Assembly (NCBI GenBank): GCA_028285145.1
Contig: JANQQC010000006.1
Span: forward strand, 12,025-76,024
Length of the DNA stretch: 64,000 bases
Direction of reading: 5' to 3'
Origin: Hyphomonadaceae bacterium
GTDB taxonomy: Bacteria > Pseudomonadota > Alphaproteobacteria > Caulobacterales > Hyphomonadaceae
Of this stretch, positions 47,723 through 57,412 are shown piece after piece. Position 1 is the first letter of the stretch; each line of letters starts with the position of its first letter. The notes beneath the pieces are model-generated. The model worked only from the letters and a program-made list of their open reading frames with translations, made no database searches and was not told the origin of the DNA. Position numbers and translations under genes: made by a program.

Positions 47723-48802
47723 ATGTGGCTCGTTCTTGTTTTCAGCGCCTTTGCGATGTCGGTTCTGCTATGCGGCGTGATTGTCAGGCTTGGCCCCGTC
47801 GATGAACCCGATGGCCGTCGCAAGAGGCAGGTTCGCGCGGTGCCAACGTCTGGTGGGATCGCAATTCTCGCAGGGACCGCGCTTGTCAGCGCGCTCGGGG
47901 TGTTTCTTGGCAAAATTGATCTGACCCTAATGGCAAGCCGCCTGCTTGCCTGGGGGTGGTGGCCCCACCTTCTTCTTATCGCTGGTGCGGCGAGTGTGGG
48001 GCTGGTGGATGACTGGCACGGCCTCGGGGCCCGGCTAAAACTTGTTCTGCTTGCCGGTCTTTGCCTGTTTGCTGCCGGGGCTGGGTTTCATGCTGAGCTA
48101 TTCGATACTATCGCTGGCGGACCTGTTTCGGCGCTTCTCTGGATGGTTTGTGTGGTGGGTTCCGCACTCTGGCTATTCGTGATCATGAATGCCGCGAACT
48201 TCATGGATGGCTCGAACGGACTTGCTGTCGGATCGCTTCTCATCATGCTGGCAAGTCTTGCCGTCTTCTGGGCGCGGGTGGATTCGGCGGGGGCCGCGCC
48301 GATCGTTGTGCTGGCGATCACAGCCCTTCTTGGGGCGATGGCGGGGTTTCTCGTCTGGAATCTTGGCGGCCAGCTGTATGCAGGGGATGCAGGAGCGCTG
48401 GGCATCGGTGCAGTGTTCGGCTCACTCTCACTGTTCATGGTCAGCTATATGAATGAGATCGGCGATCCAAGCAGCGCGGCGCTGATCTGGTTTCCGGCCA
48501 CGCTGGCACTTCCATTTCTCGTCGATGTTTTCATGACGCTTCTCTGGCGCAGCCGACGAGGTGCGCCTTTGCTGTCAGCTCATACCGATCATGCCTATCA
48601 GTGGCTGCGGGCCGCTGGTTGGGGACATATCCGCACCGCGGTCCTCTGGTGGAGCTTTGCTGCCATCTGCGGGGTTTTTGGCTTGTTTGCGATCTGGTCG
48701 AGCCGCAATTTCGGCTTTCCCGTTTTCGTTGCCTTGCTCGCAATTGGCATCCTGCTTTGGGTTTTTCAGAGACGGGCAGGCAAGCTCAGTAAGCCCGGCT
48801 GA
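47723..48802 (+). CDS. Glycosyltransferase family 4 (MraY/WecA-like polyprenyl-phosphate sugar-1-phosphate transferase)
   Basis: It is polytopic and has the NAANFMDGSNGL motif. The ATG at 47723 lies just after the ispE stop. Confidence 0.8.
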   Translation: MWLVLVFSAFAMSVLLCGVIVRLGPVDEPDGRRKRQVRAVPTSGGIAILAGTALVSALGVFLGKIDLTLMASRLLAWGWWPHLLLIAGAASVGLVDDWHGLGARLKLVLLAGLCLFAAGAGFHAELFDTIAGGPVSALLWMVCVVGSALWLFVIMNAANFMDGSNGLAVGSLLIMLASLAVFWARVDSAGAAPIVVLAITALLGAMAGFLVWNLGGQLYAGDAGALGIGAVFGSLSLFMVSYMNEIGDPSSAALIWFPATLALPFLVDVFMTLLWRSRRGAPLLSAHTDHAYQWLRAAGWGHIRTAVLWWSFAAICGVFGLFAIWSSRNFGFPVFVALLAIGILLWVFQRRAGKLSKPG

Positions 48803-49799
48803 CGCAGAAGTCGGCCAGATCGCTGAGCGCCTCGCGATATTCGCTTGGCGGCAGGGTCGACAGTGCAGATTTGGCGAGTCCTGCATAGGCTTCGGCTTCG
48901 GTCAGCGTGGCTTCGGCTGCCCCGGTCGAGCGGATCAGGTGAATGGCGTGGGGAAGATCGGAATCGGTCTGCTTTTCCGGGTCCAGCGCGCGATCCCAGA
49001 ATTCATGGTCCTCTGCCGAACCGCGTCGGCGGGCGATCACGACAGGAAGCGTGACTTTGCCTTCGCGGAAGTCATCGCCAACGGACTTGCCGATCACGGC
49101 GGTCGTGCCGCCATAGTCGAGGGCGTCATCGACAATCTGGAAGGCCAGTCCCAGATTCTTGCCATAGGCGGCGAGCGCGGTGGCAGCACTTTCTGACCCT
49201 GCGGATAGCGCACCGGCTCTGGCGGCGGCTTCGAAAAGGGCTGCCGTCTTGGCTTCGACAATCGCCAGATACTCTTCCGTTGGCAGGTCGAGGCGGCCCT
49301 GCGCGGCCAGTTGACGAACTTCCCCTTCGGCGATCACGGTCGAGGCGTGGCTGAGAATACCGAGGATTTCGAGATTGTCGGTTTCGACCATCAGCGTGAA
49401 GGCACGCGCGAACAGGAAATCACCGACGAGGATAGAGGCAGAGTTGCCCCAGATCGTCTTGGCGGCCGGCTTACCGCGGCGCAGGTCGCTTTCGTCAACA
49501 ACATCGTCATGCAGGAGTGTCGCAGTATGAATGAACTCCACCGCGGCGGCGAGGGCATGTGTTCCGGCATTGGCACCGCCTGCGCAGTGCGCAGCGGCGA
49601 GGGTCACGATCGGGCGCAGGCGCTTGCCTCCGGCCGCCACGATATAGCTCGACAGATCAGGGATCATGGCGATTGGGCTCGCCGCACGCGCTGCCAGAAT
49701 GTCTTCGACAGCGTCCAGGTCCTCGCATAGCAAGGACTGGAGACGATCCACGATTGGGCTATCGGCCGCTGCGCGTTTCTGTTTCGCTATTATGCTCAC
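48786..49799 (-). CDS. ispB: Polyprenyl (probably octaprenyl) diphosphate synthase
   Basis: It has two DDxxD motifs (LLHDDVVDESDLRRG and IVDDALDY). A GTG at 49799 gives about 337 aa; the ORF-track start at 49997 is probably over-extended, so the start is uncertain. Confidence 0.8.
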   Translation of the reverse strand: MSIIAKQKRAAADSPIVDRLQSLLCEDLDAVEDILAARAASPIAMIPDLSSYIVAAGGKRLRPIVTLAAAHCAGGANAGTHALAAAVEFIHTATLLHDDVVDESDLRRGKPAAKTIWGNSASILVGDFLFARAFTLMVETDNLEILGILSHASTVIAEGEVRQLAAQGRLDLPTEEYLAIVEAKTAALFEAAARAGALSAGSESAATALAAYGKNLGLAFQIVDDALDYGGTTAVIGKSVGDDFREGKVTLPVVIARRRGSAEDHEFWDRALDPEKQTDSDLPHAIHLIRSTGAAEATLTEAEAYAGLAKSALSTLPPSEYREALSDLADFCVSRAY

Positions 49800-49898
49800 G
49801 CTTTTGGGGCCGCCCGGTTGCTTCTCCTTCCTGAATATCGTGACTGGAGCGGGATTCAATACGTGGCGCTGAGCCGCAGGCTGACAATTCGGTGACTG

Positions 49899-50105
49899 AT
49901 GGAAGAGATTCTCCGTACGAATGACCCCGTAAAGCTGTCCTATGCGCGCCATCTTCTCGGGGAGGAGGGCATCGCATCGTACGTTCTCGATGAGCACACG
50001 GCCTATATTGATGGGCGCGGCCCGCTTGTCCCGATCCGGCTCATGGTGGCGAGCGATGACGTCTCCAAGGCCCGTATTACGCTGAATGAACTTGATCCGG
50101 ACTGA
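49899..50105 (+). CDS. DUF2007-like small protein
   Basis: 68 aa matching the pattern of the small 'putative signal-transducing' DUF2007 fold. Its stop overlaps the next start (TGATG). Confidence 0.55.
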   Translation: MEEILRTNDPVKLSYARHLLGEEGIASYVLDEHTAYIDGRGPLVPIRLMVASDDVSKARITLNELDPD

Positions 50106-50842
50106 TGTCGTTCACGGAGGATCTGTTTCTCGGTGGAGCGGTCAAAGTTTTTCAGCCCAACCCGGGATTTCGGGCCGGGATCGACAGCGTTCTGCTCGCT
50201 GCAGCGCTCGATTCAGGGTTTCGCGGTGAAGCGCTCGAAGTGGGGTGCGGCGCTGGCGGGGCGCTTTTACCGGCGGTTTGGCGGCTCAGTCACGCACGCT
50301 TTGTCGGGCTTGAGAAGGATGCTGGCATGGCCGCGCTGGCCCGCAGGGGTGTGCTCGAGAATGATTTGTCCGACCGAGCGGAAATCATCGAGGGCGACGC
50401 AGCCGTCCTGCCGCCAGATTTCGAGAACCGCTTTGGTTTGGTGTTCTCCAACCCGCCTTTCTTCGAACCGGGTACAATCAAATCGCCGGGGGAAGGGAAG
50501 CGGGATGCCTACTTGTCGAGCGTCCCTTTGGAGCAATGGATCAAGTCCATGCTGTTCGCGGCTCGGCCAAAAGGCACCGTGCTCCTAATTCACCGCGCGG
50601 CTGCCGTAACGGAGATACTGGCGGCGCTTCATCGCAGAGCAGGCGAGATTGTCGTCATGCCTGTTCGGTCATTCCCGGGAGCCGAAGCCAAGCGCGTAAT
50701 TCTCCGCGCCCGCAAGGGCTTGCGCGGCGGACCGACACGCTTGCTGGCCGGCATCGATCTTTATGACAGTCCGGGTGGTGAAAGGTCTGAAATCTCGCAT
50801 TCGGTTGCCCAGCGCGGTGAAGGTCTGGACTGGTCCGGCTGA
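50105..50842 (+). CDS. SAM-dependent methyltransferase, N6-adenine type (TrmN6/YfiC-like)
   Basis: It has the SAM motif LEVGCGAGGA and the catalytic FSNPPFF (NPPF). Confidence 0.8.
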   Translation: MSFTEDLFLGGAVKVFQPNPGFRAGIDSVLLAAALDSGFRGEALEVGCGAGGALLPAVWRLSHARFVGLEKDAGMAALARRGVLENDLSDRAEIIEGDAAVLPPDFENRFGLVFSNPPFFEPGTIKSPGEGKRDAYLSSVPLEQWIKSMLFAARPKGTVLLIHRAAAVTEILAALHRRAGEIVVMPVRSFPGAEAKRVILRARKGLRGGPTRLLAGIDLYDSPGGERSEISHSVAQRGEGLDWSG

Positions 50843-50943
50843 TCGGTTTGGCCATGGGCGGCCAGCCAACGTTCAAGTGATGTTGCGAAACGGGCCGAGC
50901 CCCTGTAGCAACGGGCGATTGTCTCGCCTTCCGGGATCCCTTC

Positions 50944-51825
50944 ATGGCCGCGCCCAAATCCTTTCAGGACCTTATTCTGACGCTTCAGTCTTATTGGGCG
51001 GGGCAGGGATGCGCCATTTTGCAGCCTTACGACATGGAAGTCGGGGCTGGGACTTTGCACCCTGCGACCGTCTTGCGCGCACTGGGTCCGAAGGAGTGGC
51101 GTGCCGCATATGTACAACCCTCGCGCCGCCCGGCAGATGGCCGATACGGTGAGAATCCTAACCGGCTTGGGCACTACTACCAGTTTCAGGTGATCCTGAA
51201 GCCGAACCCAACAGATCTTCAGGACCTCTATCTGGAGAGTCTCTACGCCATCGGTATCGATCCTATGCTGCACGATATCCGTTTCGTGGAGGATGACTGG
51301 GAGAACCCGACCGTCGGGGCTTGGGGCCTTGGCTGGGAAGTTTGGTGCGATGGAATGGAAGTCTCGCAATACACCTACTTCCAGCAGGTTGGCGGCCTTG
51401 ATGTACGCCCGGTCTCTGGCGAGCTGACCTACGGGCTGGAACGCCTGGCCATGTATGTGTTCGGCGTCGATAACGTATATGACCTTCCTTTCAACGCGCC
51501 GGACTCTGAAGCCCCACTCAGCTATGGCGATGTGTTCCTTGAAAATGAGCGCCAGCAATCGGCGTTCAATTTCGAGCATGCCAATGTCGAGATGCTGCAC
51601 ACCTGGTTTGAGGGCTGTGAGACTCAGTCGATAGATCTTCGCGCAGCAGGCCTGCCGCTGCCGGCCTACGATTACGCGCTCAAGGCGAGCCATGTGTTCA
51701 ACCTGATCGATGCGCGTGGCGCGATCTCACCGACCGAGCGCCAGGCTTTCATTGGGCGAGTGCGCGATCTGGCGCGCGGAGCAGCCCTTCTCTGGGCTGA
51801 GCAACAGGAGGAAGATCATGGCTGA
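50944..51825 (+). CDS. glyQ: Glycine--tRNA ligase alpha subunit
   Basis: It begins [21 protein letters not shown] and has the highly conserved GlyQ sequence throughout. Confidence 0.95.
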   Translation: MAAPKSFQDLILTLQSYWAGQGCAILQPYDMEVGAGTLHPATVLRALGPKEWRAAYVQPSRRPADGRYGENPNRLGHYYQFQVILKPNPTDLQDLYLESLYAIGIDPMLHDIRFVEDDWENPTVGAWGLGWEVWCDGMEVSQYTYFQQVGGLDVRPVSGELTYGLERLAMYVFGVDNVYDLPFNAPDSEAPLSYGDVFLENERQQSAFNFEHANVEMLHTWFEGCETQSIDLRAAGLPLPAYDYALKASHVFNLIDARGAISPTERQAFIGRVRDLARGAALLWAEQQEEDHG

Positions 51826-52057
51826 TCCTGAAATCGGTGGGCGCGAGCCTGTCGCTGTCGAGGTCGAAGAGGGGAAGATGTACTGGTGGTGCGCCTGTGG
51901 ACGGTCGAAGAGCCAGCCCTTCTGTGACGGCTCCCATAAGGGAACAGACTTCGCGCCCGAAGGCTGGGAAGCGCCCAAGACCGGAAAAATGTTCTTCTGC
52001 ACCTGCAAGCGGACCGACAAAGTGCCGTTCTGCGACGGCTCTCACAACCAACTCTAG
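51818..52057 (+). CDS. CDGSH-type iron-sulfur domain protein (two CDGSH motifs)
   Basis: 79 aa from the ATG at 51818, which overlaps the glyQ stop. It has two copies of C-x-C-x(8-9)-FCDGSH. Confidence 0.85.
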   Translation: MADPEIGGREPVAVEVEEGKMYWWCACGRSKSQPFCDGSHKGTDFAPEGWEAPKTGKMFFCTCKRTDKVPFCDGSHNQL

Positions 52058-52080
52058 ATAAATCAGGGCGTTAAGGCGAC

Positions 52081-54420
52081 ATGCCAGACCTGCTGCTTGA
52101 ACTCTTTTCCGAGGAAATCCCTGCGCGCATGCAGAAGGCTGCTGGCGAACAGCTGACGTCCAAGCTCGGCGATGCGCTTAAGGCAGCCGGCCTGACATTC
52201 GAGAGTATCGAGGGCGTGTACGGACCAAGGCGGCTGGCGGCTCATGTTGTCGGCCTGCCGGAACGATCCGCCGATGTGCATGAAGAACGCAAAGGCCCAA
52301 AGGTTGGTGCGCCTGACAAGGCGGTTGAAGGCTTTCTGAGGGGAGCAGGCCTCAAGAGTCTCGACGAGGCTGAAACACGCTCAGATCCGAAAAAGGGCGA
52401 GTTCTACGTCGCCATTGTCGAAACCAAGGGCCGCGCAACGTCGGAGATCGCCGCCGATGCCGTAAGTGAGATCGTTCGAAGCTTTGCCTGGCCGAAATCT
52501 ATGCGGTCAGGTATGGGTGACTTGCGTTGGGTTCGGCCGTTGCAGCGCATTGCCTGTCTGTTCGACGGCACGGTTGTGCCCTTTGATATCGATGGCGTGA
52601 AAAGCGGCAACGAGACCGAGGGCCACCGTGTCATGGGACGCGGACCGTTCACCGTCTCCGGATGGGATGATTACAAGAGCCAGCTGGAAGGCGAGGGGCA
52701 TGTGCGCCTCGATGCGGCCGATCGTAGGGCGCTGATCAAGCGTGATGCGGAAAAGCTTTGTGCCGATGTAGGTCTTGAGATGGTTGAGGATGAGGGCCTG
52801 CTCACCGAAGTCACCGGCCTTGCGGAGTGGCCGGTCGTGATCATGGGCGACATGGACCCGGATTTCCTGACCCTGCCGCCGGAAGTCATCCGCCTGTCCA
52901 TGCGCACACATCAGAAGTATTTCGCCGTGCGGGATCCAAAGTCCGGCGGTCTAGCCCCGCGTTTTATCACCGTGGCGAATATCGAGGCCACCGATGGCGG
53001 GGTAACGATTGCGGCTGGCAATGCAAAAGTGTTGTCGGCCCGCCTCAGCGATGCTCGCTTCTTCTGGGACAATGATCGGTCCCGGCCACTTGGAAGCTTC
53101 ATTCCGAAACTGGCCAATGTCGAGTTCAAGAAAGAGCTCGGCTCCATGGCAGACAAGACCGAACGAATTGCCTTGCTTGCCGTGCAGATCGCCAAGCGGG
53201 GCGGCTTTGATGTCGATCAGTCCGGCGTCGGTGCCAAGCTCTGCAAGGCCGATCTTGTTTCGGAGATGGTCTATGAGTTTCCCGAACTGCAGGGCGCGAT
53301 GGGCCGGTACTACGTGCTTGCCGAGGCCGGGCTCGATCCCCTCGACCCGTCATCCGTTGTCGATGAGGACAAGGCGAAAACGCGATCCTATTCGGCAGAC
53401 GCAGCTGTCGGCGTCGCCAATGCCATTCGCGATCACTATAAGCCGCAGGGGCCCTCCGACTCCGTTCCGGACGCCGGTCCTTCCATAGCGGTAGCGCTGG
53501 CCGACAAGCTCGACACCCTGACCGGGTTCTGGGCGATCAACGAAAAACCAACTGGCTCGAAGGATCCCTTCGCCCTGCGTCGTGCGGCACTGGGCGTCGT
53601 CCGCATCATCCTGGAAAACAAGCTGAGATTCAGCCTCGGAGACCTCATCGCAGACGCGGCCGAGGCTGGGTTCGCGCAGCTTCTCTCCTCGGGCCGTGCA
53701 GGTGTGGCCGAGTGGGACTCCGGCGGAGCTTCACCGTCGATGACGTTGCGCAGCGCGACGGCAGAGGATGACGCGCTCGATACGATGATGATCAACGGCG
53801 CATGGGTTGTTGGTCGCGGGTTTGAGCAGGAGTTTGTCGATGAGGACGCCATTGAGAGCGAAGGCGTCCCGTTTATACGGCCTGTCAGTGTTTATGGGCG
53901 AGATCTGCTGGCGTTTTTCGCGGACCGTTTGAAGCAGGTCCTACGTGATCGCGGCGAGCGGCATGACCTGATCGATGCGGTTTTTGCGCTGGGTGAGGAT
54001 GACCTAATGCTGGTGGTCTCGCGCGTTGAGGCGCTGGGGGCTTTCCTCGACTCTGAAGATGGCGCGAACCTAATGGCTGGCTACAAGCGGGCCGCCAACA
54101 TTTTGAAAGCCGAAGAGAAGAAGGATGGGGTGACCTATTCTGGTGCGGTCGACGCGGCTCTGCTTGAGGAAACAGCGGAACGCGACTTGCACACAGCTAT
54201 TGGTAAAGCAGCGGACGCAGCGACGCGGGCCCTGTCGGAAGAGAAGTTTGAGGACGCCATGGCCGCACTTGCTGGCCTTCGGGCTCCGGTGGACGCCTTT
54301 TTCGAGCAGGTCACGGTCAATGCGGACGATGTTGATGTGCGGCGCAACAGACTCTTGATTCTGGCTGCCATTCGTGACGCTTTGCACCGCGTGGCGGACG
54401 TATCGAAGATTGAAGGTTAG
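52081..54420 (+). CDS. glyS: Glycine--tRNA ligase beta subunit
   Basis: It begins MPDLLLELFSEEIPARMQ, typical of GlyS. At 779 aa it is longer than the ~690-aa enterobacterial protein. Confidence 0.93.
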   Translation: MPDLLLELFSEEIPARMQKAAGEQLTSKLGDALKAAGLTFESIEGVYGPRRLAAHVVGLPERSADVHEERKGPKVGAPDKAVEGFLRGAGLKSLDEAETRSDPKKGEFYVAIVETKGRATSEIAADAVSEIVRSFAWPKSMRSGMGDLRWVRPLQRIACLFDGTVVPFDIDGVKSGNETEGHRVMGRGPFTVSGWDDYKSQLEGEGHVRLDAADRRALIKRDAEKLCADVGLEMVEDEGLLTEVTGLAEWPVVIMGDMDPDFLTLPPEVIRLSMRTHQKYFAVRDPKSGGLAPRFITVANIEATDGGVTIAAGNAKVLSARLSDARFFWDNDRSRPLGSFIPKLANVEFKKELGSMADKTERIALLAVQIAKRGGFDVDQSGVGAKLCKADLVSEMVYEFPELQGAMGRYYVLAEAGLDPLDPSSVVDEDKAKTRSYSADAAVGVANAIRDHYKPQGPSDSVPDAGPSIAVALADKLDTLTGFWAINEKPTGSKDPFALRRAALGVVRIILENKLRFSLGDLIADAAEAGFAQLLSSGRAGVAEWDSGGASPSMTLRSATAEDDALDTMMINGAWVVGRGFEQEFVDEDAIESEGVPFIRPVSVYGRDLLAFFADRLKQVLRDRGERHDLIDAVFALGEDDLMLVVSRVEALGAFLDSEDGANLMAGYKRAANILKAEEKKDGVTYSGAVDAALLEETAERDLHTAIGKAADAATRALSEEKFEDAMAALAGLRAPVDAFFEQVTVNADDVDVRRNRLLILAAIRDALHRVADVSKIEG

Positions 54421-54431
54421 GGAGTAGGCAT

Positions 54432-57119
54432 ATGGGTGAAGCAGCTCGTCAAACGGCGGACGAACGCTGGGTCTATGCGTTCGGCGGCGGCACTGCAGAC
54501 GGCGATGCCACCATGCGCAACCTGCTGGGTGGCAAGGGTGCTAACCTTGCTGAAATGGCCAAGCTTGGCCTGCCTGTGCCTCCGGGTTTCACGCTATCTA
54601 CCTCTGTATGCACCGCTTACTACGAACTGGAACGCGAATACCCATCGACGCTCGCTGCGCAGGTGGAAGAGGCGTTGGCCGACCTAGAGGCCAAGACAGG
54701 GAAGGGATTTGGCGACGCCGAAAATCCGCTTCTCGTTTCTGTCCGGTCTGGTGCCCGCGCCTCCATGCCAGGGATGATGGACACGGTGTTGAACCTTGGC
54801 CTCAACTCGACGTCTGTCAAAGGCCTTGCCGCAAAGGCCGGTGAGCGGTTTGCCTATGATAGCTATCGCCGCTTTATTCAGATGTATTCGAACGTCGTGC
54901 TCGGCCTCGGCCACGACACGTTCGAGTACATCCTTGAGGACTACAAAGAGCGCCAGGACTACGAACTCGACACTGAAATGACCGCCGAAGACTGGAAGGC
55001 GATCATCGTTCAGTATCAGGACGCGATTCAGAAAGAACGTAACGAGCCGTTTCCGGAAGACCCCAAAGATCAGCTCTGGGGCGCGATTTCGGCGGTATTC
55101 GGATCATGGATGAATGACCGGGCCATTCTTTACCGCAAGCTCAATGACATTCCGCAGGACTGGGGGACAGCCGTAACCGTGCAGGCTATGGTCTTCGGCA
55201 ATATGGGCGAGACGTCTGCGACCGGCGTGGCCTTCACACGTGACCCGTCCAATGGCGACAAGACTTTCTACGGTGAGTACCTGATCAACGCGCAGGGCGA
55301 AGATGTCGTGGCAGGGATCCGCACACCTGCGCCGATTTCCAGAGCGCGCGCCGACTCGCTCGGCTCCGACGATGCGCCGCTCGAAGAGGCGATGCCGGAG
55401 GTCTATGCCGAACTCACAGCCGTCGCGGACAAGCTGGAAGCCCACTACCGCGATATGCAGGATCTTGAGTTCACTGTGGAAGACGGTCGTCTCTACATGC
55501 TGCAGACCCGCAATGGGAAGCGTACCGCCGGGGCAGCGCTAAAGATCGCGGTGGATATGGCCTCCGAAGGAGTCCTTGAGCCGAAAGAAGCTGTCCTGCG
55601 CCTTGAGCCCGGGCAACTTGATCAACTATTGCACCCGACAATCGCTGACGATGCCGTCCGCGATGTCGTTGTTCGAGGCCTGCCTGCCAGCCCCGGTGCT
55701 GCGGTTGGCAAGGTTGTGTTCGATTCAGACAAGGCGGCGGCCATGGCTGAGCGCGGGGAGGATGTCATCCTTGTCCGTGTCGAGACCAGCCCTGAAGATA
55801 TCCACGGCATGCATGCTGCGCGCGCCATCGTGACCGCGCGAGGCGGTATGACCTCTCACGCCGCTGTTGTGGCGCGCGGCATGGGCCGCCCTTGCGTTTG
55901 TGGCGCTACGGGCTTGCAGATCGATACGGCGGCCGGCGTTTTCCGTTCTGCCGGGAGGGAAGTACGCGAGGGCGATGTCATCACCGTCGATGGTGCGGCC
56001 GGTGAAGTGCTGCTCGGCTCGGTTAAGATGATCCAGCCCGACCTCTCCGGGGATTTCGGGACGCTGATGGGGTGGGCGGACGAGGCCCGGACCCTGAAAG
56101 TCCGCTGCAACGCTGAAACACCGGTCGATGTGCAGACGGCACGTGATTTCGGAGCGGAAGGCATCGGCCTTTGCCGGACGGAGCACATGTTCTTCGACGC
56201 GGACCGCATCCCAACCGTGCGGGCCATGATCCTCTCCGAGGACGAGGCGGGCCGGCGTGATGCGTTGACCAAACTACTGCCGATGCAGCGCTCTGACTTC
56301 GAAGAGATCTTCCGGATCATGGGCGGACTACCCTGTACGATACGCCTGCTCGATCCGCCGCTGCATGAGTTCTTGCCACACTCGAAAGATGACATCGCTG
56401 AAGTAGCGGAAGTCTCTGGCCTCGATGCAGAGATGCTGACGCGGCGTGTTGGAGAGCTTCAGGAAAGCAATCCAATGCTCGGCCACCGAGGATGCCGGCT
56501 CGGGATCACCTATCCTGAAATCTATGAGATGCAGGCTCGAGCGATTTTCGAAGCCGCTCTGAACGTCACCAAGGAGACGGGCGAGACGCCGGAGCCAGAG
56601 GTCATGATCCCCCTCGTCGGGACGCGTGCTGAACTCGCTATCCTCAAGGATGTCGTGGATGGAGCCGCCAAGGCTGTTTTCAGCGAGGTGGGGGAGACGA
56701 TCGACTACCTCGTTGGCACCATGATAGAACTGCCGCGGGCTTGTCTGCAGGCCGGCGACATTGCCCAGAGCGCTGCGTTCTTCTCATTCGGTACAAACGA
56801 TCTCACACAGACGACACTTGGCATCTCCCGCGACGATGCGGGCCGGTTCCTCAAGACCTACGAGGATAAGGGTATCTACGAGAAGGACCCGTTCGTGACT
56901 GTGGATCGCGATGGTGTGGGTGAGCTTGTCCGTTTGGCTGCAGAACGCGGGCGTTCCACGCGCCCTGGCATCAAACTTGGTATCTGCGGCGAGCATGGTG
57001 GCGACCCCGCTTCGGTCGAGTTCTGTCATGAATCAGGCCTCGATTACGTGTCCTGTTCACCTTATCGAGTGCCGATTGCGCGCCTTGCAGCGGCCCATGC
57101 AGCACTGAAATCGACCTGA
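54432..57119 (+). CDS. ppdK: Pyruvate, phosphate dikinase
   Basis: 895 aa with the phosphohistidine motif GGMTSHAAVVARGMG and a C-terminal PEP-utilising TIM barrel (GICGEHGGDP). Confidence 0.95.
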   Translation: MGEAARQTADERWVYAFGGGTADGDATMRNLLGGKGANLAEMAKLGLPVPPGFTLSTSVCTAYYELEREYPSTLAAQVEEALADLEAKTGKGFGDAENPLLVSVRSGARASMPGMMDTVLNLGLNSTSVKGLAAKAGERFAYDSYRRFIQMYSNVVLGLGHDTFEYILEDYKERQDYELDTEMTAEDWKAIIVQYQDAIQKERNEPFPEDPKDQLWGAISAVFGSWMNDRAILYRKLNDIPQDWGTAVTVQAMVFGNMGETSATGVAFTRDPSNGDKTFYGEYLINAQGEDVVAGIRTPAPISRARADSLGSDDAPLEEAMPEVYAELTAVADKLEAHYRDMQDLEFTVEDGRLYMLQTRNGKRTAGAALKIAVDMASEGVLEPKEAVLRLEPGQLDQLLHPTIADDAVRDVVVRGLPASPGAAVGKVVFDSDKAAAMAERGEDVILVRVETSPEDIHGMHAARAIVTARGGMTSHAAVVARGMGRPCVCGATGLQIDTAAGVFRSAGREVREGDVITVDGAAGEVLLGSVKMIQPDLSGDFGTLMGWADEARTLKVRCNAETPVDVQTARDFGAEGIGLCRTEHMFFDADRIPTVRAMILSEDEAGRRDALTKLLPMQRSDFEEIFRIMGGLPCTIRLLDPPLHEFLPHSKDDIAEVAEVSGLDAEMLTRRVGELQESNPMLGHRGCRLGITYPEIYEMQARAIFEAALNVTKETGETPEPEVMIPLVGTRAELAILKDVVDGAAKAVFSEVGETIDYLVGTMIELPRACLQAGDIAQSAAFFSFGTNDLTQTTLGISRDDAGRFLKTYEDKGIYEKDPFVTVDRDGVGELVRLAAERGRSTRPGIKLGICGEHGGDPASVEFCHESGLDYVSCSPYRVPIARLAAAHAALKST

Positions 57120-57207
57120 TCACGCGTTTTTGAGCGCTGATTGCGACAGATAAATGCTGTTGCGGACTCGCAACAGTAAATGAATTGTAACTCCGCGCAC
57201 TTTCTTC

Positions 57208-57231
57208 GCAGGTGCAGGAAAAAGCCTACAT
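57208..57231 (+). repeat. Copy 1 of an imperfect ~22-nt direct repeat (GCAGGTGCaGGAAaAAGCCTaCAT)
   Basis: Read directly. Its partner is at 57391-57412. Confidence 0.5.
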
Positions 57232-57390
57232 GAGTCAGGGTTTTGGCCGTGACACACCCGGAATCGCCGCGAAATAGCGCAACCTAACCATGTGTTTTCT
57301 AGGGAAAACAGCATGGCCTGACGTGGCCAGCTTCTTGCTTCTGTTCATTCGCGATGCATATGCAATTGCTAACAAGAGGTAAATCTGTGC

Positions 57391-57412
57391 GCAGGTGCGG
57401 AACAAGCCTCAT
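57391..57412 (+). repeat. Copy 2 of the direct repeat (GCAGGTGCGGAACAAGCCTCAT)
   Basis: Read directly. It overlaps the GTG start that the ORF track proposes for the SleB-like gene. Confidence 0.5.

Noticed and set aside
57120-57314. A 64-aa minus-strand ORF in the ppdK-sleB spacer.
   Set aside because: It has no SD, atypical composition and no recognisable features. The region is better explained as non-coding regulatory sequence.
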